Shown in pieces: positions 62,253-64,000 of a stretch of DNA of 64,000 nt. This DNA comes from an uncultured bacterium (GTDB taxonomy: Bacteria; Babelota; Babeliae; Babelales; Vermiphilaceae), in NCBI GenBank assembly GCA_963702025.1, contig OY969699.1, positions 1-64,000 of the forward strand. Reading direction: 5' to 3'. Below the pieces are notes generated by a model, which was not told the DNA's origin, ran no database searches, and was given only the letters and a program-made list of their open reading frames with translations. Numbering within the stretch: the first letter of the stretch is position 1; the number at the start of each line of letters is the position of its first letter. Made by a program: the position numbers and the translations under genes.

Positions 62253-63421
62253 CTCTCTGCATTGTTTGACTGATTCAAAAGAATCGTTGCCAAATCATGA
62301 GCTATTTTTTCAGTTTGAACGTATCCAAAATTACTTAGCACTGCCACGCAGATGCTCCCGTCAACGGAATGTATTAACGTTGAACGGAATCCGCTCATAC
62401 CACCAATGCAGCACACAACTTTTTGACCGCAGATTATTTCAGCGGTACATCCATAGCAATAATTATCTTTATAAGATGTGAACATTGTGTCTATAGATTC
62501 TTTTTTTAAGAAATTTCCTGATGCTAATGCACGATGAAATTTGAATAAGTCTTCTACGGTTGAATAGAGCCCACCAGCACCCGTAAGCAGTGACATATCT
62601 CTATAAGGAGCATTTTTTAGCGTATTTTTATCGTCTTGTATATATCCTGAAGCACGATTCTTTAAAATGATACTTTGATCATCATATCCTGTGTCTTGCA
62701 TTGCCAGAGGGTTAAAAATATTTTTCTGTAAATATTCTGAGTAACTCATACCAGTTACTTTTTCAATAATATAGGTCAAAACTGTATAACCAGAATTACT
62801 GTAAGAAAATTTTTCACCCGGAGTGAAATCGAGTTGCTTATTCTGTATAATCGTAATTATTTTTTCTGGGGTGGTTGGCCTTATTTTAAGTTCTTCATAT
62901 TCAGGCAATGCAGTGTAATTTACTATGCCAGAGGTATGGGTTAGCAGATGATGGATTGTAATCTCTTGTGCCCGCGGGAAATTAGGAATAAATTTTGACA
63001 GCGGATCAGTAAGCGAAAGCAAGCCTTTTTCAACAAGCTGCATAATCGCAGTAGCCGTAAATAATTTTGTCAGGGAAGCAATTCTAAATTTAGTTGTTGG
63101 CGTATTATATATTTCTAATTCATAATTGCTAAAACCAAAGCCTTTGCCAAATCTAATATCATCTTCGCCCTTGGCAACCAAAACGGCCCCACTCAATTGG
63201 CCCGATTCTTTTAATGATTCAAGGTAATCACAGATTTGTCTTATGGTAGCAACTTGATTATTGCCCTTTTGCTTATCATCAGTTTCATCTTGTTTTATCT
63301 CGGTAGTTTTATCTTTCATGAGCAATTTTACAACATTTTCTGCATTGGCAATCAAAGGAGATAATGCCAATGCCAAGCCCATAAATATTTTTTTGCCATT
63401 TATGTTTGAAAAAAATTTCAT
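62249..63421 (-). CDS. Serine hydrolase, beta-lactamase class C-like
   Basis: SLTK, LLTHTSG, YSN; signal peptide. Confidence 0.9.
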   Translation of the reverse strand: MKFFSNINGKKIFMGLALALSPLIANAENVVKLLMKDKTTEIKQDETDDKQKGNNQVATIRQICDYLESLKESGQLSGAVLVAKGEDDIRFGKGFGFSNYELEIYNTPTTKFRIASLTKLFTATAIMQLVEKGLLSLTDPLSKFIPNFPRAQEITIHHLLTHTSGIVNYTALPEYEELKIRPTTPEKIITIIQNKQLDFTPGEKFSYSNSGYTVLTYIIEKVTGMSYSEYLQKNIFNPLAMQDTGYDDQSIILKNRASGYIQDDKNTLKNAPYRDMSLLTGAGGLYSTVEDLFKFHRALASGNFLKKESIDTMFTSYKDNYCYGCTAEIICGQKVVCCIGGMSGFRSTLIHSVDGSICVAVLSNFGYVQTEKIAHDLATILLNQSNNAER

Positions 63422-64000
63422 CTATTACACCTCAAATGTTGTTTTAGAAATCCAAGCGCCTCATTCCACGCTACTATACTTGCATGAGCATTATCTTGCG
63501 GTATACCCCCCATGGTGCACCATAATTTTACGACAGGATGAAAATACGGGTGAGTAGTACATGCAGGCGCATAAGGCAATTCAAAATAATGCCCTGCACC
63601 TTGAAAGTGAATATGTTTTCTTTCAATCAATGATCGCTTTTGATCCAAGCGTTGAATAATACGATTGGCGTATAAAGTAGAAGGCCATAGTTTATCATCT
63701 TCTCCCGTTAAAAGAAGGAGCGGAGAACGAATATTCTCGACAGGTATTGCAGACTTATCAATGAACTCAGAAAACTTATTCAATCCATATAAATAAAGCT
63801 GTGTAGGTTCCTGGGGATCTTCTACCGTTCCCATATGAAAAGGAACCTTGCCCTCTTTTACTGCGCTTAATAATTCTTCAGTTGTTGGCATTGGCATAAA
63901 TGAAAGAGGCTGATTCTTAAATGTCCATGCAGGTTTATTAAAATTCGGAATTCCACCATACACTAAATTACTGGGAACATACGCAACTATGGCGTTTATT
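63418..64000 (-). CDS. Acyl-CoA thioesterase/BAAT C-terminal domain protein, 5' end beyond window
   Basis: IPVENI, GEDDKLWPS, GAGH, MGG. Confidence 0.8.
   Translation of the reverse strand, partial: INAIVAYVPSNLVYGGIPNFNKPAWTFKNQPLSFMPMPTTEELLSAVKEGKVPFHMGTVEDPQEPTQLYLYGLNKFSEFIDKSAIPVENIRSPLLLLTGEDDKLWPSTLYANRIIQRLDQKRSLIERKHIHFQGAGHYFELPYAPACTTHPYFHPVVKLWCTMGGIPQDNAHASIVAWNEALGFLKQHLRCNR

Overview
AT-rich bacterial DNA whose gene content suggests an intracellular parasite of protists, most likely Ca. Dependentiae/Babelota (TM6). This is inferred from many ankyrin proteins and short signal-peptide proteins, not from a marker gene. 1-16.3 kb: groEL/groES and rpe among predicted secreted, eukaryote-like proteins (C2H2 zinc-finger protein, J-like domain, tyrosine phosphatase, SOCS-box-like ankyrin, possible PEX5/Pex20 mimic), plus tiny Cys-rich peptides. 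16.4-36.7 kb: accessory enzymes (msrAB, arfB, nitrilase, SDR, AKR), small outer-membrane barrels and four YVTN beta-propeller proteins sharing a Cys-bracketed C-terminal domain. 36.7-52.9 kb: a tandem integration hotspot. It contains a ~7.7 kb element with a rolling-circle-type Rep and a large serine recombinase whose candidate att site lies inside its own 3' end (four different recombinase C-terminal tails occur in the array). A PICI-like module follows (HTH, ImmA/IrrE, TOPRIM-DUF3987 primase, iteron-like origin, TerS-like gene). 52.9-64 kb: phosphotransferases, ankyrin-RING protein, M48 peptidases, GNAT and a serine hydrolase. I recognised no tRNA, rRNA or CRISPR array. All family calls are by motif recognition; no searches were run.
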